Shown here: in pieces, positions 37,694-64,000 of the stretch
Layout: each line of letters starts with the position of its first letter
Position numbering within the stretch: position 1 is the first letter of the stretch
NCBI GenBank assembly: GCA_963693365.1
Contig: CAVNZM010000004.1
Span: 14,320,524-14,384,523 of the forward strand
Source: Amoebidium appalachense
Taxonomy: Eukaryota > Protista > Ichthyosporea
Direction of reading: 5' to 3'
Length of the DNA: 64,000 nt
Notes under the pieces: model-generated
What the model was told of the DNA's origin: nothing
Databases searched by the model: none
Seen by the model: the letters and a program-made list of their open reading frames with translations, nothing else
Position numbers and translations under genes: made by a program

Positions 37694-38979
37694 GGGGCTG
37701 TGTGTGTGCGTGCACACGTGCATGCGTGTGTGTGTTTAAGTTTGTGTATGGTGTGCGGGTGTGCAGGTGGTGAGCAGTGGGGAAGGTGGGGGGGGAGGAG
37801 GAGGGGTTAGACATCATGAAACGACGGATACAGGAGGGGGAGGGGATTGGGAGAGGGGGCTTTTCTTTCCCCTCCCGGGGGGGGGGGGGGGGGGGAGAGA
37901 GGGGGAAAGGGGGGGGGGGGGGGGGGGGGGGAATAAAGAGAGGGACAAGCAGAAATACCTGGATTTGGCCAAGTTAAGGTTTCGATTATAAAGTACCAAG
38001 TGTGGGCAAATAGAGGATGCAAAAGAAGAAAAGTAGCAAATGCATATCATACGGCTCACCTGTTGCCACAATTCTCACACCTGCATGCCTGGGTGCATGC
38101 CCGCTTGTTCTTTGCGCATATGCAACGCTCATGCCCATCGTATGCCTGCACTTTTCCCCCGCCGTTCTTAAAACCACAAAAAAAACGTGTTCTATCCTTA
38201 CTGTTTCTATTACAGCTGCAGCCCTTGGCGGGCAACCCACCGAACGTGTCAGTTGTGTTAGCGTTAGACGCCAACTCCGTCGAGTTTTCCGTGTCAACTG
38301 AGTGTGATGTCTGTGTTTGGTTGTTGTCCGAGATTTTGTTCGCATGCGACAAGCGAGGTATTACCACTGAGTAATGATCTGCTGCACCGTTAAGTGATAC
38401 GGGTATGGCAATGTTGGGTTCGATGACGGTGGGTGGAGTGACCGCAACTACACCGTGATTGGCAATCGTGCTAAAAATGGTTATTGGTATGCGGAGTGCG
38501 TTGGCTAAGCCCAGCACCATCGCGTCACCGGCTGCAGAAGCAAAATGGGCGCGCCGAGGACAGCGGAAATCATCAGCTACGTATGCGAGGGTCACCCTTG
38601 AAAGGAATCCTTGGTATTCTGCTAGATTTCGCCGCCATTCGTTTACCATTAGTTCGCGTAGCCGTCCAATCGCCTCTATAGGCTCCATATTAGCTGTAAA
38701 CCCCAATGTGTTGAGGTGTTCACGGGTAGCTACATGACCGCTTTGTAGATACTGATTGATATAATGCCACACCGAATGAAACAAACAGTTGCCGTCAGCG
38801 GGTGTTTCCATAAGCTCCATTCTCCAGGCACCCAGAATTTGAAGAAGGCGTTGTTGCTGGACCTCAGGTGGCCCGGATATGTCCCTGTGTTGCACATCAC
38901 AAGGAAGAATAAGCAAAGACAAGAAGTGGGAGGGTGACGTAGGGCAGTGGTGGTGGGGTGGGTGACAGTGGGGTGGGAG

Positions 38980-39014
<35 letters not shown>

Positions 39015-40199
39015 AGAGAGAGAAAGACAGATTATGGGGAAGGCGGAAAGGCCGAGGAGCAGAACAAGGGAAACCTTGGCGTGTGTGTGTGTGTGCGTGT
39101 GTGGGTGGGTTGGGGTTGGGGGGGGGTTGGGGGGGGGGGGGGGGGGCATTAGATTATTAACAATTCTATAAGTGAATAAGAGTGTGTGCGCTCGTGGCTG
39201 CGAGGGAGGGTGCATGCGTGCATGCATGGGTGCGTTCGTGTGTGCAGGTGTGTGAAAGGGGAGGGGTGTGTGTGTGGGGGGGGAGGGGGTTAGGCACTCT
39301 GAAGGGGGCCGGGCAGGTGTAAGGGAGTACTGATGAAGGAGGGGCTATGAACGGGGGGGGGGGGGGGGGGGGGGGGGGGGTAGATGCAGATGCTTTCAAA
39401 TAGGTGGAAGAGAAGCAGGGAGCTTCCAAAAAGGTAGGATGGAAGATATAGGTATACTATTAGAGAATAATGAGAATTAGGGGAGGTAAGAGGTAATGGA
39501 GGACTTGAAAAGGAGGGACGAATGGGCAGAGGCCCTCCTGAGGGGGGAGAGGGGGGGGGGAGGGGAACAGGACAGGCATAATAAGTGGGCCTGGGGAGGC
39601 AGGTTGTCTGACAAAAAACTGGTGTCACTTGGGTTGGAAGGAGAGATGGATTGATACGTGCAAGGAAGTAAGGAGGTGGAGCAGTTGGGAGGAAGAATTG
39701 TGGGAAGGAGGAGAGGGGGAGGGGGATGCAGAAAAGGGGGCGGGGGGGGGGGGGGGGGGAGGGGGGGAGGGGAAAGGGGGGATGGGGGAAAGGGGGAGGA
39801 GGCCCTGCAGGGAAAGGGGGGGAGAGGCGAGAGGGAGGAGCGGGGGGCGTTGGAGGGGAAGGGGGGGGGGGGGGGGGGGGGGTTCGGCAGGAAGCACCTG
39901 GCAAGCTGTATGTCTGCTGCCACGGCCTCGTCAAAGAACACTAGAGTGAAGAGCAGATGATCCGGGTCCTGTGCTGCTAAAGCAAACCCTTCGGAGCTGT
40001 GCACAGACCCAATCAGCTTGCGCATCGCACGCCGGGCGTTAAGCTTGCGGCCTGCTAGGCGCACACATGTTGACACGTTGAATGAACCGGGGCTCTCGTC
40101 ACTTGACCCCTCATCGTCATCGTCAGAGCCATCACTGTCGAAAGACCCAACCTCCATACCACACTCAGGCAAGGAACGGTTGCCATTATTGCCATAAGC
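36477..40199 (-). CDS. Spliced protein: acidic region + OTU cysteine protease + CXC (tesmin-like Cys cluster) + Myb/SANT-like helix region + coiled coil + C-terminal CxxC..CxxC zinc ribbon; exons ~40199-39899, 38884-38060, 37465-36477; 5' end unresolved
   Basis: Splice phases match (QLAR|DISGPPE; CENCGN-S|HGQRP). OTU motif METPADGNCLFHSV...LANALRIPITIF...AADHYSVV; KGCSC..C..CICAKNKRACTQACRCENCGN; RSGRWSDAETALI..KTLKQIKSKI; CSVCQLTLAIP..QCCRC. Confidence 0.75.
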
Positions 40200-40734
40200 T
40201 GCAGAGTGAACACAAAGACAGGGTGAGAGAATAGCTGGTCAATGGTTGCCAGGTCTATAAAGAACCCACTCCCAACCGAATCCCCCATCCAACCCCCCCC
40301 CCCCCCCCCCCCACACACACACACAACATACATACACACACACATACACACACACACACCGCCCACACCCTCCCCACCCCCCCTCTTGCTCTCGGCCCCC
40401 CCCCCCCTGCCTAATTCTCCACTTCCCCCTTCTCCCTCTCCGTCCCACCCTCCCGCCCTTCCTCTTTACCGACTGCCCTCCTCTCTTTGCCCCTCTCTTT
40501 CTGTCTTTTCCGCCTATCCCTCCCTCTACCCTTTCTCCCCCTCCCTCCTTCCCTCCAACCCTCCCACCCACCCATCCTTCCCTCCCTTTCTCCCTACCCT
40601 GACCTCTCCCCCTTCCCCCCTCCCCTGTCTTTAACATACACACACAGGCACACACATACACGCCCCCCCCCCCCCCCCCCCCCCTCTCCCCTTCTCTGTA
40701 CCCACCCACCCACCCACCCACATTACACACACAA

Positions 40735-40787
<53 letters not shown>

Positions 40788-41215
40788 CAACACACACACA
40801 CACTCACTACACACACACAGGCACATACACACACAGACAAGCACACACCCACAGGCATACACCGTGACACACAGAAACTCTCTACCCACTATCCTGTACT
40901 GCCTCTTGACTAATTGTATGCTTAAAGGGGAAGGGAGGGAAGGGGGAAAAGCGGAGGAGTGGGCTTTAAGTGGGTACACTGCACAGAATGGTCACACAAA
41001 ACATATGGAACACGTTGCCACACATACCCTATCGGGTGATAGCAACATATAAGAGGCAAGCCAAAGCAGAAAAGGCAGCATGCCATGCCAAACAGATCAT
41101 GGGAGAGGCACAAAGGTCCATAAGATTAAGTGCAAGGGAAGGCCTGAGCGGTGAAGGCATTGGTATCCACAAGATGCAAAAGGACACACCTAACGTATTA
41201 CATAAAAAACAACTT

Positions 41216-41701
41216 CTAAAACGGAGGAACCACCTGTAAGGCCCAGAACAGAGAGACAGGGGAGGGGAGAGAAAAAGTGGAAAAGAGGCAGGGGGTGGTG
41301 GGGAGAGAGGGGGGGAGGGGGGGGGGGGGGGGGAAGGGGGGAATCACCTGATGGACTCCCTCCGCTGTAGATGCATCTATCCGGCCGCCATGACGGGTTT
41401 GATGCCACACCCAATCCCTGAGGAAGGGCTGGGGAGGGCACGTGCCAGCTTCGACAGAGTCCTCATGATCCGCTATGCAATAATCAATGTACCGTGCAAC
41501 GAATGGCTGTTCCAGCTTGGCATGATCTTTAGACCAAGATTTGTTTTCCTTAATGACTTTTTTGTTCACCCCATCTGGGTTGTTTGTTGAACCCGCTGCA
41601 GCCAAAAGACAAAAGGCGAGGATAACATGAACGAGAATCCTCAGCAAAGCCCAATGGCCTTGCCCACGTCCAATGCGGACGCGAGCATGTTTGTAACCCA
41701 T
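41216..41701 (-). CDS. Candidate small secreted/membrane-anchored protein (~120 aa, probably two exons 41701-41348 and 41233-41216); alternatively a decayed upstream part of the OTU gene
   Basis: Non-repetitive ORF with the hydrophobic segment WALLRILVHVILAFCLLAAAGS. A GT donor follows GVHQ and a CAG acceptor precedes VVPPF*. Confidence 0.35.
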   Translation of the reverse strand: MGYKHARVRIGRGQGHWALLRILVHVILAFCLLAAAGSTNNPDGVNKKVIKENKSWSKDHAKLEQPFVARYIDYCIADHEDSVEAGTCPPQPFLRDWVWHQTRHGGRIDASTAEGVHQVIPPFPPPPPLPPSLPTTPCLFSTFSLPSPVSLFWALQVVPPF

Positions 41702-41948
41702 GCTCACACAAAATATGTACTGTCAGTTATGATCGAGCATTAAAGGGTGTTGTCTGTTTTTATTATTTTTATATGAGCCTACTGCAATATGATAAGGATG
41801 CTAGCGCTGTGTCACACCTGTCAACTGCCAGTCCAGGCTGTGACTGCCCGTTCAAGTACGCCACCACCTGCACGTGGTTGACGTGGTCTTGCTTAGCCCG
41901 CCTTTCGAGTTTATTCCTCGAATCAGACGCCACCAACGATGAGCCACA

Positions 41949-42380
41949 AAAACGGGTCAGAAAACGGGTCAGGAACGATTCGAGCTGATTCGACCCATAA
42001 TAGTTCGAACCGACCCATTTATGCCCCAAATAAATTTGGCACCAAATAATTTGGCACGAACCTGGTGACGTAAAATGTGGCACGAATTTATTTGGCACCA
42101 GCCCGCTAGCGGAGCACATCCAGGGGTATCCCCAAGCTCCTGTCGGTGCCTGGGCGACATCCTGCCCCATTTTCACCGTTTTGCAGGCTCGTGCCAAATA
42201 AATTTCGTGCCAAATATTACGTCACACCCTAGGAGCTTGGGAATTGAGGGTAGCACCCAAAACAGTCGTACATAAGCAGACTCCAAGGCGTTCGTTTGCG
42301 ACTTCATGCAAGAGTATGTACCTTGCAAAAGAAAGTGACGTTTGCAACTACATGCAAGAGTACCTTGCAAAAAAAAGTTT
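41949..42380. repeat. Cluster of inverted and direct repeats: ~43-bp imperfect IR (42064-42106 / 42183-42228), 11-bp perfect IR (42131-42141 / 42231-42241), repeated TTTGGCAC motif, 12-bp and ~45-bp direct repeats
   Basis: ggtgacgtaaaatgtggcacgaatttatttggcaccagcccgc matches the reverse complement of gcaggctcgtgccaaataaatttcgtgccaaatattacgtcacacc. cccaagctcct pairs with aggagcttggg. Confidence 0.85.
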
Positions 42381-42433
42381 ACTGTGTATTCCTCCCTGTA
42401 CAAGTAGAGACTCCCATATACACACACGGTGCA

Positions 42434-43609
42434 ATGTTGCGCGCACTTAGAATACTTGCCCTGGTGGCGGCTGCGGTGGCCGCCAGCCCCATAGTTGTAG
42501 ATGAGACCCTGCAGCTGGCAGTGGGCCATGCAAAGGCCACCCTGCTGTTTCCCAAACAGGCACCACAGGCAGACGTGACTGTGCAGGCACGGTCCAGCGA
42601 CGAGCACGTGGCCTGGACACATGCCGTGCTGACCATAGCAAGGGGTAGCGAAACTGGCGGCTTTGTGCCGATTTATGCAGAGAGGCCCGGTAGTGCGGTA
42701 GTTGAATACCAATTGACCTCCGACGATCCTGCCTTCAACAACGTGACATTGAGCACGCGGATAGAGGTGCTGAAAAATGAGGCACTGGTCAGCTGGGTAG
42801 ATATTCTAGGGTGGGTGTGCTTTAGCCTGTGGGCGGCTTCCTTCTACCCACAGCTGCTCGAAAACTTTCGGCGTAAGAGTGTTGTGGGGCTGAACTTCGA
42901 CTCGGTGGTGCTCAACCTGACGGGGTTCCTTGCCTACTCGCTGTTCAACGTGGGCATGTACTTCAGCTCCGCCATCCAGGCCCAGTACCAGGCCCATCAC
43001 CCCAACGCGCCGAATCCCGTCACCCTCTCGGACGTGTTTTTCGCTGTCCATGCCTCCCTGCTCACTGCAGCTGTGCTGGCGCAGATGGCTGTGTATGAGC
43101 GTGGTGACGAGCGGGTCACACGTGGCTGCTGGCTGGCTACTGGCGGCATATGGACCGGGGCGGTGATGGGTCTCGTGCTGGTGTGCGCCACGGACTATCT
43201 GTCGTCCCTAGCCTACCTGCAGCTCTTCAGCTACGTCAAGCTGACGCTCACGGTGCTGCGCTACATCCCCCAGGTGGTCTACAACTACAGGAGGAAGAGC
43301 ACTGAGGGCTTTAGTGTGGGCACACAGCTCTTTGATATTGTCGGCGGGGTGGCTTCGGTGTTGCAGATGGTGCTGCAGGCATACAACGTTGATGACTGGA
43401 GCGGCTTTATTGGAGACTTCACCAAGTTCGGCCTTGCTGCCGTGTCTATCGGGTTTGATGCAACGCTTATCTGGCAACACTATGTGCTCTATCCGCACGT
43501 CAATATGGCTACCACACCGTCTGTCGGTAGCAGCCTGTCTGACTACGAAGCAAGTAGCAGCCGCCTGCTGGGGGAGGGTGACGACAAGAAGGGCTATCAG
43601 GCTGTCTAA
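42434..43609 (+). CDS. CTNS: Cystinosin (lysosomal cystine/H+ symporter, PQ-loop family), intronless
   Basis: Signal peptide MLRALRILALVAAAVAA; luminal domain; GWVCFSLWAASFYPQLLENFRRKSVVGLNFD; NPVTLSDVFFAVHA; SYVKL..RYIPQVVYNYRRKSTEGFS; GDFTKFGL; QHYVLY; C-terminal GYQAV (GYxxPhi lysosomal signal). Confidence 0.95.
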   Translation: MLRALRILALVAAAVAASPIVVDETLQLAVGHAKATLLFPKQAPQADVTVQARSSDEHVAWTHAVLTIARGSETGGFVPIYAERPGSAVVEYQLTSDDPAFNNVTLSTRIEVLKNEALVSWVDILGWVCFSLWAASFYPQLLENFRRKSVVGLNFDSVVLNLTGFLAYSLFNVGMYFSSAIQAQYQAHHPNAPNPVTLSDVFFAVHASLLTAAVLAQMAVYERGDERVTRGCWLATGGIWTGAVMGLVLVCATDYLSSLAYLQLFSYVKLTLTVLRYIPQVVYNYRRKSTEGFSVGTQLFDIVGGVASVLQMVLQAYNVDDWSGFIGDFTKFGLAAVSIGFDATLIWQHYVLYPHVNMATTPSVGSSLSDYEASSSRLLGEGDDKKGYQAV

Positions 43610-44954
43610 GAATGAATGCACGCATGTATTATGCACGTAGGTCGACACCCTGCAGGCGGGGTGGTCTGTTTGAATGTGAACGTTTAGTGGGCTGGTGCTG
43701 GTTGCTGGCCCTTATGAAGGTCCGAGTGTAGCTTGAATATAATTTAATTTAGAAACTTAGGCATGTAAACTTTGCAAGGTCAAGACAACAAATATACAAG
43801 AAGCCAATACCGACCGGCGCTGGCAGACCACTACAATAGCAATTCGTGCCAGAGTTACCGTTCCCTCATCCTCCCCCCCCCCCCCCTCCTCCCCTCCCCT
43901 ACCACTGACCACCAACGTTAACACTCCCGTGCGGCAGTTGCCCTCTACACCTGCAAGATGTGTTTATAGCACATCAGTTGCTATGGTAGTTCTGTCCCAA
44001 TATTCCCTTCCTCCTCCGAGTCCTCCAGTCCTCCCCCCAACACAAACACACACCACAACTCCTTTGCCCCAATTTTGGCATACGCCTGGCCTGATCAGCC
44101 TCCATTCTTCCCCCGCCACGGTCACAGGTTCTGGAAGCGGAGAGTGCCCCCCCCCCCCCCCCTTCCGGCCCGGGGTGTGGTCCACTAGTAAACAAAGTCT
44201 CGGAAGGAAGAAAGGAAGACATTGAGTTCCTGTGCTCCCATTCTATGCCGGATGATATTGGTGATGCTCATCTCGCTCTTGCCCATCGTGCATCATGGTG
44301 CACCGAAGTTCTGTTTACGCCCAGCTGAGATCTCAGCAGCCGAAATAAATAACCCCGGCCCCTGCAGCTGAGGCCCAATATGCATGGACAGGGCTATAAT
44401 TTATTCTGTTCACCGTCCATAACATCCTCTGATTGGCCAAGCCTATCTTTTGTACGAGGTTCCCTTTTGATTAGCTGAAAAGCTAAATAAGTCATGCAGA
44501 CATAGTTGCCGTAGGTATCTGAGCCAATCAGGAGCCGTAATGCCTTCCAAGCCGGCGAACTCCCCGTCTGCTTTCTACTCAAGTCACAAACGCTGCCCAC
44601 AAACACTCAACAGCAGACTCAGAGCAGAGACAAGCTTGCATGGTACCAGGCGAACATAGGTACCAGGCGAACATAGGGATTTCAAGAGCATTTACTTAGG
44701 ACTTCTCAGCATTTCCAACACACGCAAAATCAGATTTTTTTATAAGCCCCTTTTATCTTTGGAAAAGAGTGTGCGTCGCCTCTCGAACAACCTGTAGATT
44801 TGGTTTGGTGATTGAACGGATCGCCCATAACCACCTTTGTGCATCCTTCCACTGACGTGTCCCAACTGTAGTCACACTTGCAGTTAGTCTCATGCACGCG
44901 CTGATGCCACGGCGCGGCGCCAAGGCGCATACTCCACTGCGGGTGTGACGCCAG

Positions 44955-58457
<13,503 letters not shown>

Positions 58458-59248
58458 CGTCACGGTATCAGCCCGGCCCTGCCCTTATCCAACGAATGAC
58501 CCTGTGTCCCTCCACGCACCCTAGCCCTCTGAATAGCTTATACAAACCCTTCCTCTGCCCCAGCCCTTTGCGGTTTGCACGAATGCATTGCACTGATCGC
58601 CATGGTTGCAGGCAATCATAGTCACAGGCACAAGACAAGCTCATAAGCGCTAACGATGTGCCCCATGCTGGGTGTGGGGTCGTACGTAAGTTGACTGCCG
58701 CGCGTGGTTGCTGTAATTTTAATGTTATGTGATCCATCGAGTAGATGGCATGTTGTATTTGTATGTGCAATACGTGCTTAGCCTATAGTAGAGACGCACA
58801 GAATTGTTAACGCGTTCTTGCTGCTGATTGGTGTAGCTGTAGTGATGTGAATATTGGATTTTCATATTATTTTTGTATGTGTATGAATGCGTGATTTGGC
58901 ATCCTCTGGTCAGTATGCCTCCTGATCGAGTGCATGTGTAATCCAACCACAACCAAACAAATAACCAGACTACTGTAGGGTTTTGTTCGATAATGAACTC
59001 TGTACAATAGTACCACACCAATAAACTTGCACCTTGTGTGTCTACGGATTGCACGCACATCGATTGCCGGCGCGCTTATGTGGGCATTACAAGTGTTTTG
59101 CGGTCTTCTCATGACGTATCAGTGCATGCACATTCTGCCTAGCATCAATTGCAAATCACCAGTAGTTGGCATATCACCAAGGTATTCCGTGCACACACAG
59201 AACTGCAGCAGACATCACACTTGCACACGCGTATGCACATATCATGAT

Positions 59249-59438
59249 GGGGTTTACGCTGTTTACTCGAGGCAAAGAGAAACCAGTCTCAGGTATGGGG
59301 GGGTTTTTGCTCGGAATATCCCCTCAGCGGTATATCATGATCACGTACATAGATGTCGGGTGATGACTATACATCAGGGTTTACTTTCTCTACGAGACAC
59401 CATAAAGACTAAGAGAAATCAATTAGTTGGGGTTCCCC

Positions 59439-59479
<41 letters not shown>

Positions 59480-59482
59480 GGG
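59249..59482 (+). mobile_element. Dispersed repeat family B, copy 3 (intergenic)
   Basis: Collinear with 3305-3545, including the T-tract and the following aa(c/t)gggc. Confidence 0.75.
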
Positions 59483-60003
59483 CGTTGTGCACGCACATGT
59501 GACTCCGTGTGATACCAACGTGGTCTAACCACATGGTCCATATTGTATATACGACTCGAACACAAGTGTACATGTGCACGGCGGTATACAGGCAGTGCTT
59601 GCACGTGCACAGCGCATGTGCATGCACATACACGCATGACACACGTGTGCATACATCAATGCAGTCATGACCATGTGACACATATGCACCAAATCGATAT
59701 GCATGGCGGCTTTTTGGTTGGCGATTCGTTTTCCCATGGAAACCTAGCTCACACGTGCATTGGGCCGCGAACCATTGCAACCTGGCAGTGGTGTATACAT
59801 GCACGGATTCGAAGGTGTGGCATGTTCATAGCAGCTATAAATCTCCGGACTTCCCCCCCCTCCCCCCCCCACCCACCCACCCAAACAATGGTAGAGCTCG
59901 AGGGCAACTGTGTAACAACTGTTGCCGCAGCATGCTGTCTGAGAAAAGGCACTGCATGTCAGAGGGTGCCTGCGATTCATATGTTGGCCAGCAGGAGGGT
60001 AGA

Positions 60004-60038
<35 letters not shown>

Positions 60039-60370
60039 GGGAGGGGGGGGGGGGGGGGGGGGGGGGAGTAGGGGCCCAGAATCGGAATGTTGGTCCGTTT
60101 AGTACCCAAGTTCAACGTCATTACACAGTCTGCGCGTGCACATGTAGCAGGTGCAGGCGCGTGTGCCCGCATACTATTATATATATACGTGCCGTACAAT
60201 GCAAACGATGTTCTCTTTCAATCAGGCTTTTGTTTTCACAGTTTATCGAGTAACACCACGACCATTAACAACACGGTGGTGAGTGGTTCGGGTGTGTGTA
60301 TGTGTGTGAAGGAGTCGCGGTGGTGGTGGCGGGCAGGGACGGACGGGGAGGGAGGGGGGAGAGGGGGGGG

Positions 60371-60418
<48 letters not shown>

Positions 60419-61046
60419 GGACGTCGACACGATGTGCGAAAAGTCGGATCCATGGCTGTAATTCGCCATCGCTACATTTATATTCTCTCTGTCGCCACAC
60501 ATGCACCCCATAAAAGGCAAAACACCCTGTACATACATGGCCACCTGAAGAATCATTAGAGCAGGGAAACACTGCCCCCTGGAGAGGGGCCACTGGTCTG
60601 GCAATGTCTGCGGCAAGATTGCCGTGTATGGCTCATTCGAAAATCACCGCAACCATATTCGGTAACAACACCACACAAAGGTAACATGTTTGGTACAGTA
60701 ATCTGTACCAGCTACCACACTTGGCAAAACATCCATGCAGGCTACTATATTTGAAATTATGCCCAGCGAACTGCACTTTTGGAAATTCTCATACGCCAGG
60801 TACCTCTTTTCTTAAAAAACAAAAACCGCTGCCATTCTTGGGAAGAACACCCACACCAGCCACTCTGTCAACCACATACCCCTACACCACCTGACACTAC
60901 TACGCGCCGTTTCCCTTTCTTGTACTCGGGCCTTGACCTGGAAGGCACCCAACTGCCAAAATTCCAGGGAAAAGGAAAGCAAATGCACAACCTTTACGCA
61001 CGACAGAGAGTAGTAGAAACCATCGCATAGAAAACAGCAGAGCCAA

Positions 61047-63774
<2,728 letters not shown>

Positions 63775-63806
63775 CTGTGTGTGTGTGTGTGTGCGCGTGT
63801 GTGCGC

Positions 63807-63842
<36 letters not shown>

Positions 63843-64000
63843 TATTTTTTTGGGGGGGGAGGGAGACAGACAGGTGCCTGTCAGAGCCCATGTGAATGGT
63901 CCATTCCACGTTAATCTGCGGCCATACCCCACTTCCCTACATACCCACATTGGCCTAAACTTACGGCAAGCACCAAGCAGGTACCACGGTCCCTTGCCCC

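Noticed and set aside
41130-41190. VCPFASCGYQCLHRSGLPLHL, C2H2-like on the minus strand; GLSGEGIG, KDZ-like on the plus strand
   Set aside because: The second His is missing and the frame is bounded by stops. The KDZ-like match is short and on the strand opposite the OTU gene.
42296-42433. Longer N-terminus of cystinosin proposed by the ORF track
   Set aside because: It begins at a non-ATG codon inside a direct repeat; ATG 42434 gives a proper signal peptide.
44730-44930. 66-aa minus-strand ORF upstream of the RTK
   Set aside because: No motif or splice support; it lies in the RTK promoter/5' UTR region.
59360-59400. gactatacatcaggg resembles the 5' end of U3 snoRNA
   Set aside because: Box A (GGATCA) and boxes B/C/D are not recognisable, and the match is weaker in the 3410-3440 copy.

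Overview
Eukaryotic, very intron-rich DNA, most likely from a unicellular holozoan (inferred from a tyrosine kinase with a non-animal ectodomain). Most ORFs in the supplied track are translations of (CA)n/(GT)n/poly-C/poly-G and are not genes. Manual exon reconstruction gives nine protein genes: SEH1 (+, 5' end outside window), intronless COQ7 (-), ACL4 (-) head-to-head with RRP43/EXOSC8 (+), FCP1/CTDP1 (+), an unusual spliced OTU + Cys-rich CXC + Myb/SANT-like + Zn-ribbon gene (-), intronless cystinosin (+), a receptor tyrosine kinase with C-type lectin/TSP1/Cys-rich ectodomain (+), and a TLC-domain membrane protein (-, 5' end outside window). The best leads are: (1) an accessory-looking block at ~34.5-42.3 kb holding the OTU gene, two small signal-peptide ORFs and interleaved inverted repeats; (2) introns whose acceptors use (CA)n or poly-C instead of U-rich tracts; (3) nine consecutive phase 1-1 module exons in the RTK; (4) tandem arrays that copy splice sites; (5) an in-frame alternative exon pair inside a TLC intron; (6) two dispersed short repeat families and a clean TA-flanked MITE. 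Gene identities rest on motif recognition by eye; no database searches were run.
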